A stretch of DNA of 32,000 nucleotides from Crocosphaera subtropica ATCC 51142 (GTDB taxonomy: Bacteria > Cyanobacteriota > Cyanobacteriia > Cyanobacteriales > Microcystaceae). Shown piece by piece: positions 1 through 10,794 of the stretch. The stretch is from NCBI RefSeq assembly GCF_000017845.1, contig NC_010547.1, positions 390,001 to 422,000 of the forward strand, read 5' to 3'. Numbering within the stretch: position 1 is the first letter of the stretch; the number at the start of each line of letters is the position of its first letter. The position numbers and the translations under genes are program-made. The notes below the pieces were generated by a model, which did no database searches, was not told where the DNA came from, and worked only from the letters and a program-made list of their open reading frames with translations.

Positions 1-102
1 TCTAGCTCTGATTCATCTATAAAAGTCTTTGTGATTCAGACTCAAGAAGATTGGGCGATCGCTCAATCTTCTTGGCAATTATATAACTCTCTCTCACATT
101 AA
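1..102 (+). CDS. 3' end of a gene entering from the left edge; possibly acetate kinase C-terminus
   Basis: Frame 1 is open from base 1 to TAA at 100-102 (SSSDSSIKVFVIQTQEDWAIAQSSWQLYNSLSH*). IKVFVIQTQEDWAIA resembles the conserved C-terminal V-I-P-T-N-E-E-x-x-IA strand of acetate/propionate kinases. ackA next to xfp is a common pairing. Only 33 codons are visible. Confidence 0.4.
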   Translation, partial: SSSDSSIKVFVIQTQEDWAIAQSSWQLYNSLSH

Positions 103-264
103 TTAAGAAAAGGTAAATTATAGTTTATCGTTGAATTATTTATTTTTTCTTAGGGAATGACGACGACAAAAATCTGCTATAAACAAAAACAAATAGGATA
201 AAGAAAAAACTCAATCAGAATTGATTGACTCCGTAACTCACAATTCTCTAAACAATGGATAACT

Positions 265-2673
265 ATGGTTGCAACCCCGAATAAACCACAAATACAAGAA
301 ACTCCTTTATCTCCCGAAGAATTGAGAAAAATCCATGCTTACTGGCGAGCTTGTAACTACCTAGCCGTTGGTATGATTTATTTAAAAGATAATCCTTTAC
401 TCAAAGAAACCTTAACCGAAGACCATGTTAAAAACCGTTTATTAGGTCATTGGGGTTCAAGTCCAGGATTGAGTTTTGTCTATATACATCTTAATCGTCT
501 TATCAAAAAACATGACTTAGATATTGTTTATATGGCAGGTCCAGGTCATGGTGCGCCAGGTATTTTAGGACCGGTTTATTTAGAAGGAACCTACTCAGAA
601 GTTTACCCCGATAAAAGTGAAGATGAAGAAGGAATGAAAGCCTTTTTCAAACAATTTTCTTTCCCTGGTGGTATCGGTAGTCATTGCACCCCAGAAACCC
701 CCGGCTCGATCCATGAAGGGGGAGAATTAGGTTATAGTTTATCCCATGCTTACGGTTCTATCCTAGATAACCCGGATCTGATTACGGTTGCTGTGGTGGG
801 AGATGGAGAAGCAGAAACCGGACCTCTGGCTACGGCTTGGCATTCTAATAAATTTATTAATCCTATCCGAGATGGTGCCGTTTTACCCGTTTTACACCTG
901 AATGGTTATAAAATTGCTAATCCTACTATTTTAGCTCGTATTTCTCACGAAGAATTAGAATGTCTCTTTAAAGGGTACGGTTATAAGCCTTATTTTGTGG
1001 AAGGGTCTGAGCCTGAGATTATGCACCAGAAAATGGCTGCAACCCTGGAAACCGCCATTTCAGAGATCAAAGCCATTCAAAAAGAAGCCCGTGACACAGG
1101 CGTGGCCAAGCGTCCTATGTGGCCGATGATTGTGTTACGTTCTCCTAAAGGGTGGACTGGACCGAAAGAAGTGGATGGTAAAAAGACCGAAGACTTCTGG
1201 CGATCGCACCAAGTCCCCTTATCGGGAATGCACAACAACCCCGAACACATCAAAATCTTAGAAGACTGGTTAAAAAGCTATAAACCCGAAGAACTCTTTG
1301 ATGAAAACGGTACATTAATCCCAGAATTAAAAGACTTAGCTCCCACAGGACACCGTCGCATGAGTGCCACCCTTTACGCTAACGGTGGGTTATTAAGAAA
1401 AGACCTGAAAATGCCCGATTTTCGGGAGTATGGCGTAGAAGTGGACCAACCGGGTGCAGTAGAAGCGGAAAATACTCGACCCTTGGGTGTGTTTTTACGG
1501 GATGTTATGAGAAATAACATGACCACCTTCCGAGTATTTGGACCCGATGAAACCGCTTCTAACCGTCTTAATGCTATTTATGAAGTCAGCAAAAAAGTAT
1601 GGATGGCTGATATCATTGATGCAGATGCAGACGGCACAGAAATCACCACCGATGGCCGGGTGATGGAAATGTTAAGTGAACATACCTTACAAGGTTGGTT
1701 AGAAGGGTATTTATTAACCGGTCGTCATGGCTTTTTCCACACTTATGAAGCGTTTGCCCATGTGGTTGATTCGATGTTTAATCAACACGCAAAATGGTTA
1801 GATATCTGCAAAAATGAAGTGCCTTGGCGTGCGCCTATTTCTTCTTTAAATATTCTCCTTTCTTCAACGGTTTGGAGACAAGATCATAACGGTTTCTCTC
1901 ACCAAGATCCCGGATATGTGGACTTAGTAACGAACAAGAGTGCTGAGGTGGTTCGGGTTTATTTTCCTCCTGATGTCAACTGTTTATTATCCGTTGCTAA
2001 TCACTGTTTAAAGAGTAAAGATTACGTCAATGTAATTGTTGCTGATAAACAGAAACATCTGCAATATTTAAGCATGGATGAAGCTATTAAACACTGTACC
2101 AAAGGGATTGGTATTTGGGAATGGGCCAGTAACGATGATTGTGGAAAAGAACCAGATGAACCGGATGTCATTATGGCTTGTTGTGGAGATGTTGCTACCA
2201 GAGAAGCGTTAGCAGCAACCGCTATTTTAAGGGAAGAATTTCCTCAGTTAAAAGTCCGCTTTGTTAATGTGGTTGACTTGTTTAAATTACAATCAGAATC
2301 AGAACATCCTCATGGACTTTCGGATCGTTCTTTTGATACTTTGTTTACGGTTGATAAGCCGATCATTTTCAACTTCCACGGCTATCCTTGGTTAATTCAT
2401 AAGTTGACTTATCACCGCACTAACCATGATAATCTTCATGTTCGTGGTTACAAAGAAAAAGGGAATATTAATACCCCTTTAGAGTTAGCTATGAATAACC
2501 AAATTGATCGCTTTAACTTGGTTTTAGATGTCATTGATCGAGTTCCCAAGTTAGGATCAGCAGCAGCTTATGTTCAACAACGGATGAAAAATGCCATTAT
2601 TGAACATCGCGCTTATGCTTATGAAAATGGGATTGATAAGCCAGAGATGACTAACTGGAAATGGCCGTTTTAA
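265..2673 (+). CDS. xfp: Phosphoketolase (xylulose-5-P/fructose-6-P phosphoketolase, TPP-dependent)
   Basis: 802-aa ORF with XFP-family signatures in the translation: [49 protein letters not shown]. The length is typical for the family. Confidence 0.95.
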   Translation: MVATPNKPQIQETPLSPEELRKIHAYWRACNYLAVGMIYLKDNPLLKETLTEDHVKNRLLGHWGSSPGLSFVYIHLNRLIKKHDLDIVYMAGPGHGAPGILGPVYLEGTYSEVYPDKSEDEEGMKAFFKQFSFPGGIGSHCTPETPGSIHEGGELGYSLSHAYGSILDNPDLITVAVVGDGEAETGPLATAWHSNKFINPIRDGAVLPVLHLNGYKIANPTILARISHEELECLFKGYGYKPYFVEGSEPEIMHQKMAATLETAISEIKAIQKEARDTGVAKRPMWPMIVLRSPKGWTGPKEVDGKKTEDFWRSHQVPLSGMHNNPEHIKILEDWLKSYKPEELFDENGTLIPELKDLAPTGHRRMSATLYANGGLLRKDLKMPDFREYGVEVDQPGAVEAENTRPLGVFLRDVMRNNMTTFRVFGPDETASNRLNAIYEVSKKVWMADIIDADADGTEITTDGRVMEMLSEHTLQGWLEGYLLTGRHGFFHTYEAFAHVVDSMFNQHAKWLDICKNEVPWRAPISSLNILLSSTVWRQDHNGFSHQDPGYVDLVTNKSAEVVRVYFPPDVNCLLSVANHCLKSKDYVNVIVADKQKHLQYLSMDEAIKHCTKGIGIWEWASNDDCGKEPDEPDVIMACCGDVATREALAATAILREEFPQLKVRFVNVVDLFKLQSESEHPHGLSDRSFDTLFTVDKPIIFNFHGYPWLIHKLTYHRTNHDNLHVRGYKEKGNINTPLELAMNNQIDRFNLVLDVIDRVPKLGSAAAYVQQRMKNAIIEHRAYAYENGIDKPEMTNWKWPF

Positions 2674-2705
2674 GATTGTAAGTTAAGGGCGTTTGGCTAT
2701 AAAGT

Positions 2706-2745
2706 AAGGCATAAAGATCAATCATTTGTTCTTATGCCTTTTTTA
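2706..2745. terminator. Rho-independent terminator-like hairpin between convergent genes
   Basis: 9-bp stem AAGGCATAA (2706-2714) / TTATGCCTT (2732-2740) with a 17-nt loop, followed by a T-run (2739-2744). It lies 33 nt after the xfp stop. Confidence 0.5.
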
Positions 2746-2748
2746 TTC

Positions 2749-2943
2749 CTAAAATTCGTCATTGGGGTGTTTTGATAGAGATGAGGAAAAAGAATGATTT
2801 AAAGACGTAATCATTTGTTTTTTGACAATTTTAGCCCAACCTTCAAAATCAAAGTTCTCTGCTAAGGGATCAAGAGATGTTGATTTCTTATTTCTCTCTT
2901 CTTTTTCAGAGCCAAAAATTCTTTTTGCGATGGTATTTTTCAT
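2749..2943 (-). CDS. Small hypothetical protein (64 aa)
   Basis: ATG-initiated ORF with a good AAGAGG Shine-Dalgarno (complement of 2952-2957) 8 nt upstream of the start. No family recognised. The overlapping + strand ORF 2822-3004 lacks such a signal. Confidence 0.35.
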   Translation of the reverse strand: MKNTIAKRIFGSEKEERNKKSTSLDPLAENFDFEGWAKIVKKQMITSLNHSFSSSLSKHPNDEF

Positions 2944-3305
2944 GAATTCTACCTCTTTTAATGTAATAAAGGTTTTTAAAGTACATTTAAACTATGATGA
3001 TTGATTTTGAGTTATCTGGAGTTGTTTTGTAGCTAATGTTACATTTTGCTGTTAATCAGCATACCGTTCTCCCTTCCGAAAATTTATTAAGCTTAGATTA
3101 ATTGTTGTTAAAAAATAGGTTAAAATTATTGTTTAAAAAACTAGCTTTTATCGTTAGAGATTAATTGATTATTAACGCTATTTTAAGCAAAAAAAGAAAA
3201 AGATTAAAAATATTAAAAGTTTTAAATCCTTGATTATAAAAGATTTTATAATTAGGGAAATAGAAAATTATTACTCTCTAAAAATAAGCAGAAACGGAGG
3301 GCAAA

Positions 3306-5828
3306 ATGGTCAGCCAAAATCCTATCAAAATTGAAGATGATCGTACCGGTTTAGAAATTCAAACTTTACGACGAGCAATCCTAGATAACTTGTTTTACAT
3401 TCAAGGTAAATTTCCCGAAATTGCTACTAAAAATGACTTCTATTTGGCCTTAGCTTATACCATCAGAGATCGTCTCTTACAACGATGGTTAAATACTATG
3501 CAAACCGAAATAAAAAATGATGTCAAGAAAGTTTGTTACTTATCAGCCGAATTTTTAGTTGGTCCTCATTTAGAAAATAATTTAATTAATTTAGGGATTG
3601 CCGAAAAAGTTAAACAAGCGGTAACAGAATCAGGGTTAAACATTAAGGAATTGATTGAAGCTGAAGAAGAACCCGGTTTAGGGAATGGGGGTTTAGGACG
3701 TTTAGCTGCTTGTTATATGGACTCTTTATCCAGTTTAGAAGTCCCTGCCATTGGTTACGGAATACGCTATGAATTTGGAATTTTTGATCAAGAAATAAAA
3801 GATGGTTGGCAAGTAGAAATAACCGATAAATGGTTACAGTATGGAAACCCGTGGGAAATTGCTCGTCCTGAAGCTTCTGTTACCGTTAATTTTGGGGGAT
3901 ATACTGAACCTTATACGGACGGACATAATCAATTCCATGTTCGTTGGGTTCCTGGATATGTGGTCAAAGGAATTCCTTATGATACTCCTATCACGGGATA
4001 TAAAGTCAACACGGTAAACACCATGAGATTATGGCGTTCAGAAGCCTGTGAATCCTTTGATTTTCAACGCTTTAATGTGGGAGATTATTATGGGGCGGTA
4101 GACGATAAAGTCAACTCGGAAAATATCACGAAAGTTCTTTATCCTAATGATGAACAAATCGAAGGAAAAGAATTAAGATTGCGACAACAATACTTTTTTG
4201 TATCCTGTTCTCTGCAAGATATGATTCGCATTCATTTACTCAATAATCCGAATTTAGATAATTTTCATGAACAATGGGCAGTCCAATTAAATGATACCCA
4301 CCCAGCCGTTGCTGTGGCTGAGTTAATGCGGTTATTAGTCGACATTTATGAATATGAATGGGGTAAAGCTTGGAATATTGTCGAGAAAACCTTTGCTTAC
4401 ACCAATCATACTTTATTACCCGAAGCCTTAGAAAAATGGCCCATTGAAATTTTTGGTAACTTATTACCTCGTGTATTAGAAGTTATCTACGAAATTAATC
4501 GACGTTTCTTAGATCAAGTTCGCATTAAATTTCCTAACGATGATGGTAAAATTTCAACTCTTTCGATTATTGATGAAAGTGGAGAAAGATATGTGAGAAT
4601 GGCCCATTTAGCTTGTATTGGTTCCCATCATATTAATGGGGTGGCTGAGTTACATTCTCAGTTAGTTAAAGATACCATCTTACACGACTTTTATCTTCTT
4701 TGGCCTCAAAAATTTACCAATGTTACCAATGGTGTTACCCCTCGTCGCTGGATGGTTCAAAGTAACCCCCGTTTAAGTAAATTAATTACCTCAAAAATTG
4801 GCGATGGATGGATTAAGAATTTACAAGAATTAAAGCAATTAGAACGTTATGCAGAGGATCAAACATTCCGTCAACAATGGAGAGAAGCCAAACAGTTTGT
4901 AAAACAAGATTTAGCTAATTATATTCAAGAAAAAGTCGGCATTACTGTTAACCCTGAATCCCTATTTGATGTACAAGTCAAACGCATTCATGAATATAAA
5001 CGACAACACTTAAATGTCTTACACATTATTACTCTGTATAAGCAAATGAAGAGTAATCCTAATTTAGATGTTCCTCCCCGTACTTTCATTTTTGGAGGTA
5101 AAGCAGCCCCCGGTTATTTTATGGCCAAACGAATCATTAAATTCATTACGGCTGTGGGAGATGTGGTTAATAACGATGGGGATATTGGCGATCGCTTAAA
5201 GGTAATTTTCTTACCTGATTATAACGTGACTTTTGGTCAAAGAGTTTATCCGGCTGCTGATTTATCCGAACAAATTTCCACTGCTGGAAAAGAAGCATCT
5301 GGTACCGGAAATATGAAATTTTCCATGAATGGGGCTTTAACTATTGGGACATTAGACGGGGCAAATGTAGAGATTCGGCAAGAAGTGGGAGAAGAAAATT
5401 TCTTTTTATTTGGGTTAACCACTCCAGAAGTTTTGACCTTAAAAGATCAAGGCTATGTTCCTCGTCGTTACTATCATTCGATTCCTGAATTAAAAGGGGT
5501 TTTAGACTTAATTGCTTCTGGCTTCTTTTCCCACGGTGATCCTGAACTATTTAGGTCCATTGTTGATAATTTACTTTACGATGATCCTTATCTTTTATTA
5601 GCGGATTATAAATCTTATATTGAGTGCCAAGAGAAGGTATCTCAAGCTTACAAAGACCAAGAAAATTGGAGTAAAATGTCGATTTTAAATGTAGCCAGAA
5701 TGGGTAAATTTTCGAGTGATCGCTCCATCCAAGACTATTGTAATAACATTTGGAATACCCAACCCGTTTCTATTGAACTGAAAGATTATGTTCAAAAAGA
5801 AGCACAACTTAATGTTAATGAAAGCTAG
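3306..5828 (+). CDS. glgP: Glycogen (alpha-glucan) phosphorylase
   Basis: 840-aa ORF with EEPGLGNGGLGRLAACYMDS near the N-terminus and the PLP-lysine motif EASGTGNMKFSMNGALTIGTLDGANVE. GGAGG lies upstream of the ATG. Confidence 0.95.
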   Translation: MVSQNPIKIEDDRTGLEIQTLRRAILDNLFYIQGKFPEIATKNDFYLALAYTIRDRLLQRWLNTMQTEIKNDVKKVCYLSAEFLVGPHLENNLINLGIAEKVKQAVTESGLNIKELIEAEEEPGLGNGGLGRLAACYMDSLSSLEVPAIGYGIRYEFGIFDQEIKDGWQVEITDKWLQYGNPWEIARPEASVTVNFGGYTEPYTDGHNQFHVRWVPGYVVKGIPYDTPITGYKVNTVNTMRLWRSEACESFDFQRFNVGDYYGAVDDKVNSENITKVLYPNDEQIEGKELRLRQQYFFVSCSLQDMIRIHLLNNPNLDNFHEQWAVQLNDTHPAVAVAELMRLLVDIYEYEWGKAWNIVEKTFAYTNHTLLPEALEKWPIEIFGNLLPRVLEVIYEINRRFLDQVRIKFPNDDGKISTLSIIDESGERYVRMAHLACIGSHHINGVAELHSQLVKDTILHDFYLLWPQKFTNVTNGVTPRRWMVQSNPRLSKLITSKIGDGWIKNLQELKQLERYAEDQTFRQQWREAKQFVKQDLANYIQEKVGITVNPESLFDVQVKRIHEYKRQHLNVLHIITLYKQMKSNPNLDVPPRTFIFGGKAAPGYFMAKRIIKFITAVGDVVNNDGDIGDRLKVIFLPDYNVTFGQRVYPAADLSEQISTAGKEASGTGNMKFSMNGALTIGTLDGANVEIRQEVGEENFFLFGLTTPEVLTLKDQGYVPRRYYHSIPELKGVLDLIASGFFSHGDPELFRSIVDNLLYDDPYLLLADYKSYIECQEKVSQAYKDQENWSKMSILNVARMGKFSSDRSIQDYCNNIWNTQPVSIELKDYVQKEAQLNVNES

Positions 5829-5842
5829 ACTATGTTGATGCC

Positions 5843-5870
5843 AAAGGGAAGGTTAACTTCCCTTTTTTTT
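5843..5870 (+). terminator. Rho-independent terminator after glgP
   Basis: 9-bp stem AAAGGGAAG (5843-5851) / CTTCCCTTT (5857-5865) with a 5-nt loop GTTAA, then a T-run to 5870. Confidence 0.65.
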
Positions 5871-5907
5871 CAAACGTTGTCGTATTTTCTCCTTAAATAA
5901 ATGTAAA

Positions 5908-6918
5908 TTGAGGTATTTTTTCGTGTTTGAACAAATTTTTACCCCCAACCCGGAAGCAGAAAAACCCACACCCATCCGTCCCCGTAAAGGAGTTATTATT
6001 GGAGTAGGGCAAGTGGGAATGGCTTGTGCCTATTCTCTTTTAATTCAAGACTGTTTTGATGAGCTAATTTTACAAGATGTTGCTAAGGAAAAGGTTGAAG
6101 GGGAAGTTATGGACTTATTACACGGAATGCCTTTTCTTCCTCCTACAGAATTAAAAGGAGGTACAGTGGCTGATGAAGGAAAAGATGCTGATATTGTGAT
6201 TATTACTGCAGGGGCAGCTCAAAAACCAGGAGAAACTCGTCTAGATTTAGTGGGAAAAAATGTGAATATTTTTCGTCATATTTTAGAAGATGTGGTTAAA
6301 TACTGCCCTAATTCCATTTTGTTAATTGTTAGTAATCCTGTGGATATCATGACTTATGTGACTTTAAAAATAACAGGGTTTTCTAGTTCACGGGTGATGG
6401 GTTCAGGGACGGTTTTAGACACAGCTAGACTTCGTTCTTTAATTGGTAAAAAACTCAATATTGATTCTCGGAGTGTTCATGCTTATATTATGGGAGAACA
6501 TGGAGATAGTGAGTTCCCTGTGTGGAGTATGGCTAATATTGGGGGAGCCAAAATCATCCCTGAGACCTGGGATAGTTTATCTCAAAATGATAAAGATGAA
6601 TTAGATTCTTTGTTTAATCAAGTTAGAAATGCTGCCTATGAAATTATAAAATTAAAAGGCTATACTTCCTATGCCATTGGTTTAGCAGTTACGGATATTG
6701 TTAAAGCCATTATTCGCTCTCAAGAACGAATTTTAACCGTTAGTACCTTAATTAATGGGCTGTATGGGATTCAGGATATTTGTTTAAGTATTCCGACCGT
6801 TGTCAACGAAAGAGGGGTTCTTAAAACTGTCAACTTATCTCTCAACGAAACCGAAAAAAATCAACTACTTAATTCTGCTAAAGTCTTACAAGAAGTCTAT
6901 GAGCAACTTCAACTTTAA
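5908..6918 (+). CDS. ldh: L-lactate dehydrogenase
   Basis: Rossmann motif GVIIGVGQVGMACAYSL; substrate loop AGAAQKPGETRLDL, where Gln is LDH-type rather than the Arg of MDH; catalytic region IMGEHGDSEFPVWS. The start is uncertain: TTG at 5908 gives a ~25-aa extension before the Rossmann fold, and GTG at 5923 is an alternative. Confidence 0.85.
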   Translation: MRYFFVFEQIFTPNPEAEKPTPIRPRKGVIIGVGQVGMACAYSLLIQDCFDELILQDVAKEKVEGEVMDLLHGMPFLPPTELKGGTVADEGKDADIVIITAGAAQKPGETRLDLVGKNVNIFRHILEDVVKYCPNSILLIVSNPVDIMTYVTLKITGFSSSRVMGSGTVLDTARLRSLIGKKLNIDSRSVHAYIMGEHGDSEFPVWSMANIGGAKIIPETWDSLSQNDKDELDSLFNQVRNAAYEIIKLKGYTSYAIGLAVTDIVKAIIRSQERILTVSTLINGLYGIQDICLSIPTVVNERGVLKTVNLSLNETEKNQLLNSAKVLQEVYEQLQL

Positions 6919-6997
6919 TGGTTAAGAAAGAATCCATCAAGTTTTTCTTTTTTTGTAATTTCAACGATTATTATTAAATTTTTGGTTCACCTTAAAC

Positions 6998-8623
6998 ATG
7001 AATATTCCCACTCAGATCCAAAATATTTTCCCTTCCTTTGATTCTATTCCGAGTGAATTTCAGTTAAACCATGTCATTGACCAAAAAGAATATTTAGTTA
7101 ATGGCAAATTGGAAACTTGGGAAGGAGAGACAGAAGAAAGTCTTTCTCCCATTTATCTGAAAACAGAGCAAGAATTAGTTCGTCAAACAATCGGAACTTT
7201 CCCCTCTCTCAACCAAGAAGCAGCGTTATCTACCCTAGAAGCAGCTGTTACCGCTTATAATCATGGTCGAGGAAAATGGCCGACCATGTCTGTTAGTCAA
7301 CGGATTGAATGTGTCCAAGAATTTGCCTATCGCATGAAAGAAAAGCGCGATACAGTTGTTACTTTATTAATGTGGGAAATTGGCAAATCTTACACAGATT
7401 CTTGCAAGGAATTTGACCGTACGGTTAATTACATTCAAGACACTATTGATGCTTTAAAAAATTTAGATCGGGTTTCCTCTCGTTTTGAAATTTCTCAAGG
7501 GGTGATTGGTCAAATTCGTCGCGCTCCTTTGGGGATAGTGCTAAGTATGGGGCCAGCGAATTATCCCTTAAATGAAACCTTTACGACTTTAATTCCTGCT
7601 CTCATTATGGGTAATACCGTAATTGTCAAAGCCCCACGACCGGGTGTGTTATTAAATTACCCTTTATTAGAAGCTTTTAAAGACGCTTTTCCCCCAGGGG
7701 TTGTCAATACTATCTATGGTAAAGGAAGAACCATCACGCCACCTTTAATGGAATCAGGAAAAATTGATGCTTTAGCTTTTATTGGTGGTAGTCGTGCGGC
7801 TAACAATCTTAAAAAACAACATCCAAAATCTCATCGCTTACGTTCTATTTTAGGATTAGAAGCCAAAAATCCAGGGATTGTTTTACCCCACGCTGACTTA
7901 GATTTAACCGTCAAAGAATGTATTTTAGGAACCCTTTCTTATAATGGACAACGTTGTACTGCCATTAAAATTATTTTTGTTCATCGGTCAGTGATTGATA
8001 CGTTTCTAGAGAAGTTTACTGTAGCCGTTAGTGAGCTTAAATTCGGAATGCCTTGGGAAGATAACGTTTTCTTAACTCCCATTGCTGAACCCGGTAAACC
8101 TAACTATCTCCAAGAATTAGTAGAAGACGCAAAAAATCACGGGGCAGAAGTGATCAATGAAGGAGGTGGGATGATTAATGAAACTTTCTTTTATCCCGCC
8201 ATTGTTTATCCCGTTAATGACAAAATGAAAATCTATTCCGTTGAGCAATTTGGTCCGGTCGTTCCTATTGTTCCTTTTGAGGATATTGAAACACCGATTA
8301 ATTATTTGGTGAATTCAGACTACGGCCAACAGGTCAGTATTTTCGGTCAAAATACAGAAGCAATCGCTCAATTAGTTGATCCATTAGTTAATCAGGTTTG
8401 TCGTGTCAACCTTAATAGTCAATGTCAACGAGGCCCTGATACTTTTCCCTTTACCGGCAGAAAAGACTCAGCAGAAGGAACTTTATCGGTGCATGATGCT
8501 CTGCGAGCTTTCTCTATTCGCACCTTAGTCGCAGCCAAAGAAGTTCCTCTCAATAAGCGACTGATTACTGAAATTGTTAGAGAACATCAATCTAATTTTC
8601 TTTCAACAGATTTTATTTTGTAA
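6998..8623 (+). CDS. gapN: Aldehyde dehydrogenase family, most like non-phosphorylating NADP-dependent glyceraldehyde-3-P dehydrogenase (GapN)
   Basis: 541-aa ORF with catalytic Cys in YNGQRCTAIK and general-base Glu in LGLEAKNPGIV. The C-terminal QRGPDTFPFTGRKDSAEGT resembles the GapN-type RGPDHFPFxGxKxSG motif. Substrate assignment is by family resemblance only. Confidence 0.75.
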   Translation: MNIPTQIQNIFPSFDSIPSEFQLNHVIDQKEYLVNGKLETWEGETEESLSPIYLKTEQELVRQTIGTFPSLNQEAALSTLEAAVTAYNHGRGKWPTMSVSQRIECVQEFAYRMKEKRDTVVTLLMWEIGKSYTDSCKEFDRTVNYIQDTIDALKNLDRVSSRFEISQGVIGQIRRAPLGIVLSMGPANYPLNETFTTLIPALIMGNTVIVKAPRPGVLLNYPLLEAFKDAFPPGVVNTIYGKGRTITPPLMESGKIDALAFIGGSRAANNLKKQHPKSHRLRSILGLEAKNPGIVLPHADLDLTVKECILGTLSYNGQRCTAIKIIFVHRSVIDTFLEKFTVAVSELKFGMPWEDNVFLTPIAEPGKPNYLQELVEDAKNHGAEVINEGGGMINETFFYPAIVYPVNDKMKIYSVEQFGPVVPIVPFEDIETPINYLVNSDYGQQVSIFGQNTEAIAQLVDPLVNQVCRVNLNSQCQRGPDTFPFTGRKDSAEGTLSVHDALRAFSIRTLVAAKEVPLNKRLITEIVREHQSNFLSTDFIL

Positions 8624-8729
8624 AACATCTTGCTTTATGTCAAATAACTCTGGGTTTTCCTAAGTATGATGTTATTATCTGAACGGCTAAGCCTAAAATA
8701 CGTTGATTATTGTCTAGGAGCTTATAAAA

Positions 8730-9557
8730 ATGCCGAATGAAGAAAATGTTACTCCGACCAATCTAGCTTTGAATTCAAATTTAGAAACCGTTTTTTCTCT
8801 CGATCATGTCGACATTTATTACGGAACCTATCGAGCCGTTCGGGATGTCACTTTTACTATTCCTAAAAATAAAGTGACGGCCTTTATTGGTCCGTCTGGA
8901 TGTGGAAAAAGTACCATTTTACGTTGTTTTAATCGACTTAATGATCTCATTGATAGTTTTCACCTCGATGGAAAAATCAACTATCACGGACAGGATTTAT
9001 ATGCCTCCGATATTGATCCTATTGAAGTTAGAAAACGTATCGGCATGGTGTTTCAAAAGCCTAATCCTTTCCCTAAAACTATTTATGACAATATTGCTTA
9101 TGGTGCTAGGGTTAATAATTTTCAAGGGGACTTAGATGAATTAGTAGAAACCTCCTTAAGACGGGCTGTTTTATGGGATGAAGTTAAGGATAAATTAGGG
9201 GAAAGTGGGTTTTCTTTATCAGGAGGACAACAACAACGACTGTGTATTGCTCGTACCATTGCTGCTCAACCTGAAGTGGTATTAATGGATGAGCCTTGTT
9301 CAGCATTAGATCCGATTTCTACCTTAAAAATTGAAGAATTAATGCACGAATTGAAAGAAAATTATACCATTGTCATCGTGACTCATAATATGCAGCAAGC
9401 CACGCGAGTGGCTGATTATACCGCTTTTTTTAACGCCGAAGCAACCGATAAAGGCAGTAAGGTGGGGTTCTTAGTAGAATACGACCAGACTGAAACAATT
9501 TTTGGTAATCCTACTCACCAGGATACCAAAGATTATGTGAGTGGGCGTTTTGGTTAA
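8730..9557 (+). CDS. pstB: Phosphate ABC transporter ATP-binding protein PstB (copy 1)
   Basis: Walker [10 protein letters not shown], signature [16 protein letters not shown], Walker [14 protein letters not shown]-loop VTHNMQQA, and the PstB-typical C-terminal DYVSGRFG. Confidence 0.92.
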   Translation: MPNEENVTPTNLALNSNLETVFSLDHVDIYYGTYRAVRDVTFTIPKNKVTAFIGPSGCGKSTILRCFNRLNDLIDSFHLDGKINYHGQDLYASDIDPIEVRKRIGMVFQKPNPFPKTIYDNIAYGARVNNFQGDLDELVETSLRRAVLWDEVKDKLGESGFSLSGGQQQRLCIARTIAAQPEVVLMDEPCSALDPISTLKIEELMHELKENYTIVIVTHNMQQATRVADYTAFFNAEATDKGSKVGFLVEYDQTETIFGNPTHQDTKDYVSGRFG

Positions 9558-9604
9558 TTTCTCTAAATCTATGATTATTTAATCGTTAATATCAAGGAAA
9601 AAGG

Positions 9605-10396
9605 ATGACTAATTTATCAAACCAAACCGTATTGAAAACCGAAAATCTGAATGTATTCTATGGTTTTAATCTAGCAGTTAGAGATGTAACTTTAGACATT
9701 CCAATCAATAAAGTTGTCGCTTTTATCGGACCTTCGGGTTGCGGAAAAAGTACCGTGTTACGGTGTTTTAATCGTATGAATGATCTCATACCTAGTGCCA
9801 GAATTGATGGGACGATAACTTATCATGGCAAGGATATTTATACTAAAAAAGTTGACCCAGTCGACTTACGGTCTCGTATCGGCATGGTCTTTCAAAAACC
9901 GAATCCTTTCCCTAAATCCATTTACGAAAATATTGCTTTTGGGGCGCGATTAAATGGCTTTACAGGAGACATGAACGAGTTGGTAGAAATGTCGCTTAAA
10001 AAGGCATCTGTCTGGGATGAAACCAAAGATAAATTAAATCAAAGTGGTCTGGCTTTATCGGGAGGACAACAACAACGACTGTGTATTGCTCGCACCATTG
10101 CTGTTAAACCTGATGTGATTTTAATGGATGAACCCTGTGCCGCTCTAGACCCCATTTCGACCTTAAAAATTGAAGAATTAATCCACGAATTGAAGAAAGA
10201 TTACACTATTGTCATTGTTACCCATAATATGCAGCAAGCGTCGAGAGTCTCAGACTTAACGGCATTTTATAACGCAGAAGCTACTGAAAAAGGAGGCAAA
10301 GTCGGTTATCTCGTTGAATACGATGATACGGAGAAAGTTTTCCATAACCCCGCCCAAGAAGCTACCAGAGATTATGTCAGTGGGAGATTTGGTTAA
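9605..10396 (+). CDS. pstB: Phosphate ABC transporter ATP-binding protein PstB (copy 2)
   Basis: Same motif set as copy 1 ([52 protein letters not shown]). It starts 47 nt downstream of copy 1. Confidence 0.92.
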   Translation: MTNLSNQTVLKTENLNVFYGFNLAVRDVTLDIPINKVVAFIGPSGCGKSTVLRCFNRMNDLIPSARIDGTITYHGKDIYTKKVDPVDLRSRIGMVFQKPNPFPKSIYENIAFGARLNGFTGDMNELVEMSLKKASVWDETKDKLNQSGLALSGGQQQRLCIARTIAVKPDVILMDEPCAALDPISTLKIEELIHELKKDYTIVIVTHNMQQASRVSDLTAFYNAEATEKGGKVGYLVEYDDTEKVFHNPAQEATRDYVSGRFG

Positions 10397-10428
10397 ATCC
10401 ATTCCCTTTGTAAGTATCCATCAAACTT

Positions 10429-10758
10429 ATGAATAATTCTACCGTTGGTTATCAACATCCCCATTCAGGAAACTATGCACCGATAGAAGAATCAACTTGG
10501 CATCATGCTATCTATCCTTTGGGGGCGCATTATCAAGACGATGACGTTACTTTTGCGGTGTATTCCAAACGGGCTACCCATATTCTCTTAGAAATTTATC
10601 TTTCCTCCACAGGAGAAGATGCTAAATACGATTATTGGTTAAAAAAGAATCCAACGGATCAGATTTGGCGAGCTAAGATTGCTGAAGTTCCCCCAGGGAC
10701 TTTCTACGCCTTTCGTTGTTGGGGTCCTAACTGGGAATACGAAGAGGGATGGCTATAA
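10429..10758 (+). pseudogene. glgX: N-terminal stub (109 codons) of an isoamylase/GlgX-type glycogen debranching enzyme, cut by an IS3-family element
   Basis: YPLGAHYQDDDVTFAVYSKRATHILLEIY and YAFRCWGPNWEYEEGW match the N-terminal CBM48/isoamylase region. The reading frame ends at TAA 10756-10758, immediately before the IS terminus TGTACCC at 10759. Confidence 0.75.
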
Positions 10759-10794
10759 TGTACCCCAGAAACTGTACAAAGGGTTAAGATAGAA

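Noticed and set aside
211-228. TCAATC-N6-GATTGA inverted repeat upstream of xfp as an operator
   Set aside because: It has only 6-bp arms in an AT-rich region and no known matching regulator motif. It is too weak to call.
2822-3004. 60-aa + strand ORF overlapping the 64-aa minus-strand ORF
   Set aside because: It has no ribosome-binding site and overlaps an ORF that has a good AAGAGG-N8-ATG context. At most one of the two is real.
6919-6997. Terminator after ldh (AAGAAA...TTTCTT followed by a T-run)
   Set aside because: The stem is only about 6 AT-rich base pairs with a 14-nt loop. That is not convincing enough to annotate.
8887-9135. 82-aa ORF in an alternative frame inside pstB copy 1
   Set aside because: It is fully embedded in a gene with unambiguous ABC-ATPase motifs. 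Its translation is low-complexity and hydrophobic with no start context. It is a frame-shadow ORF.
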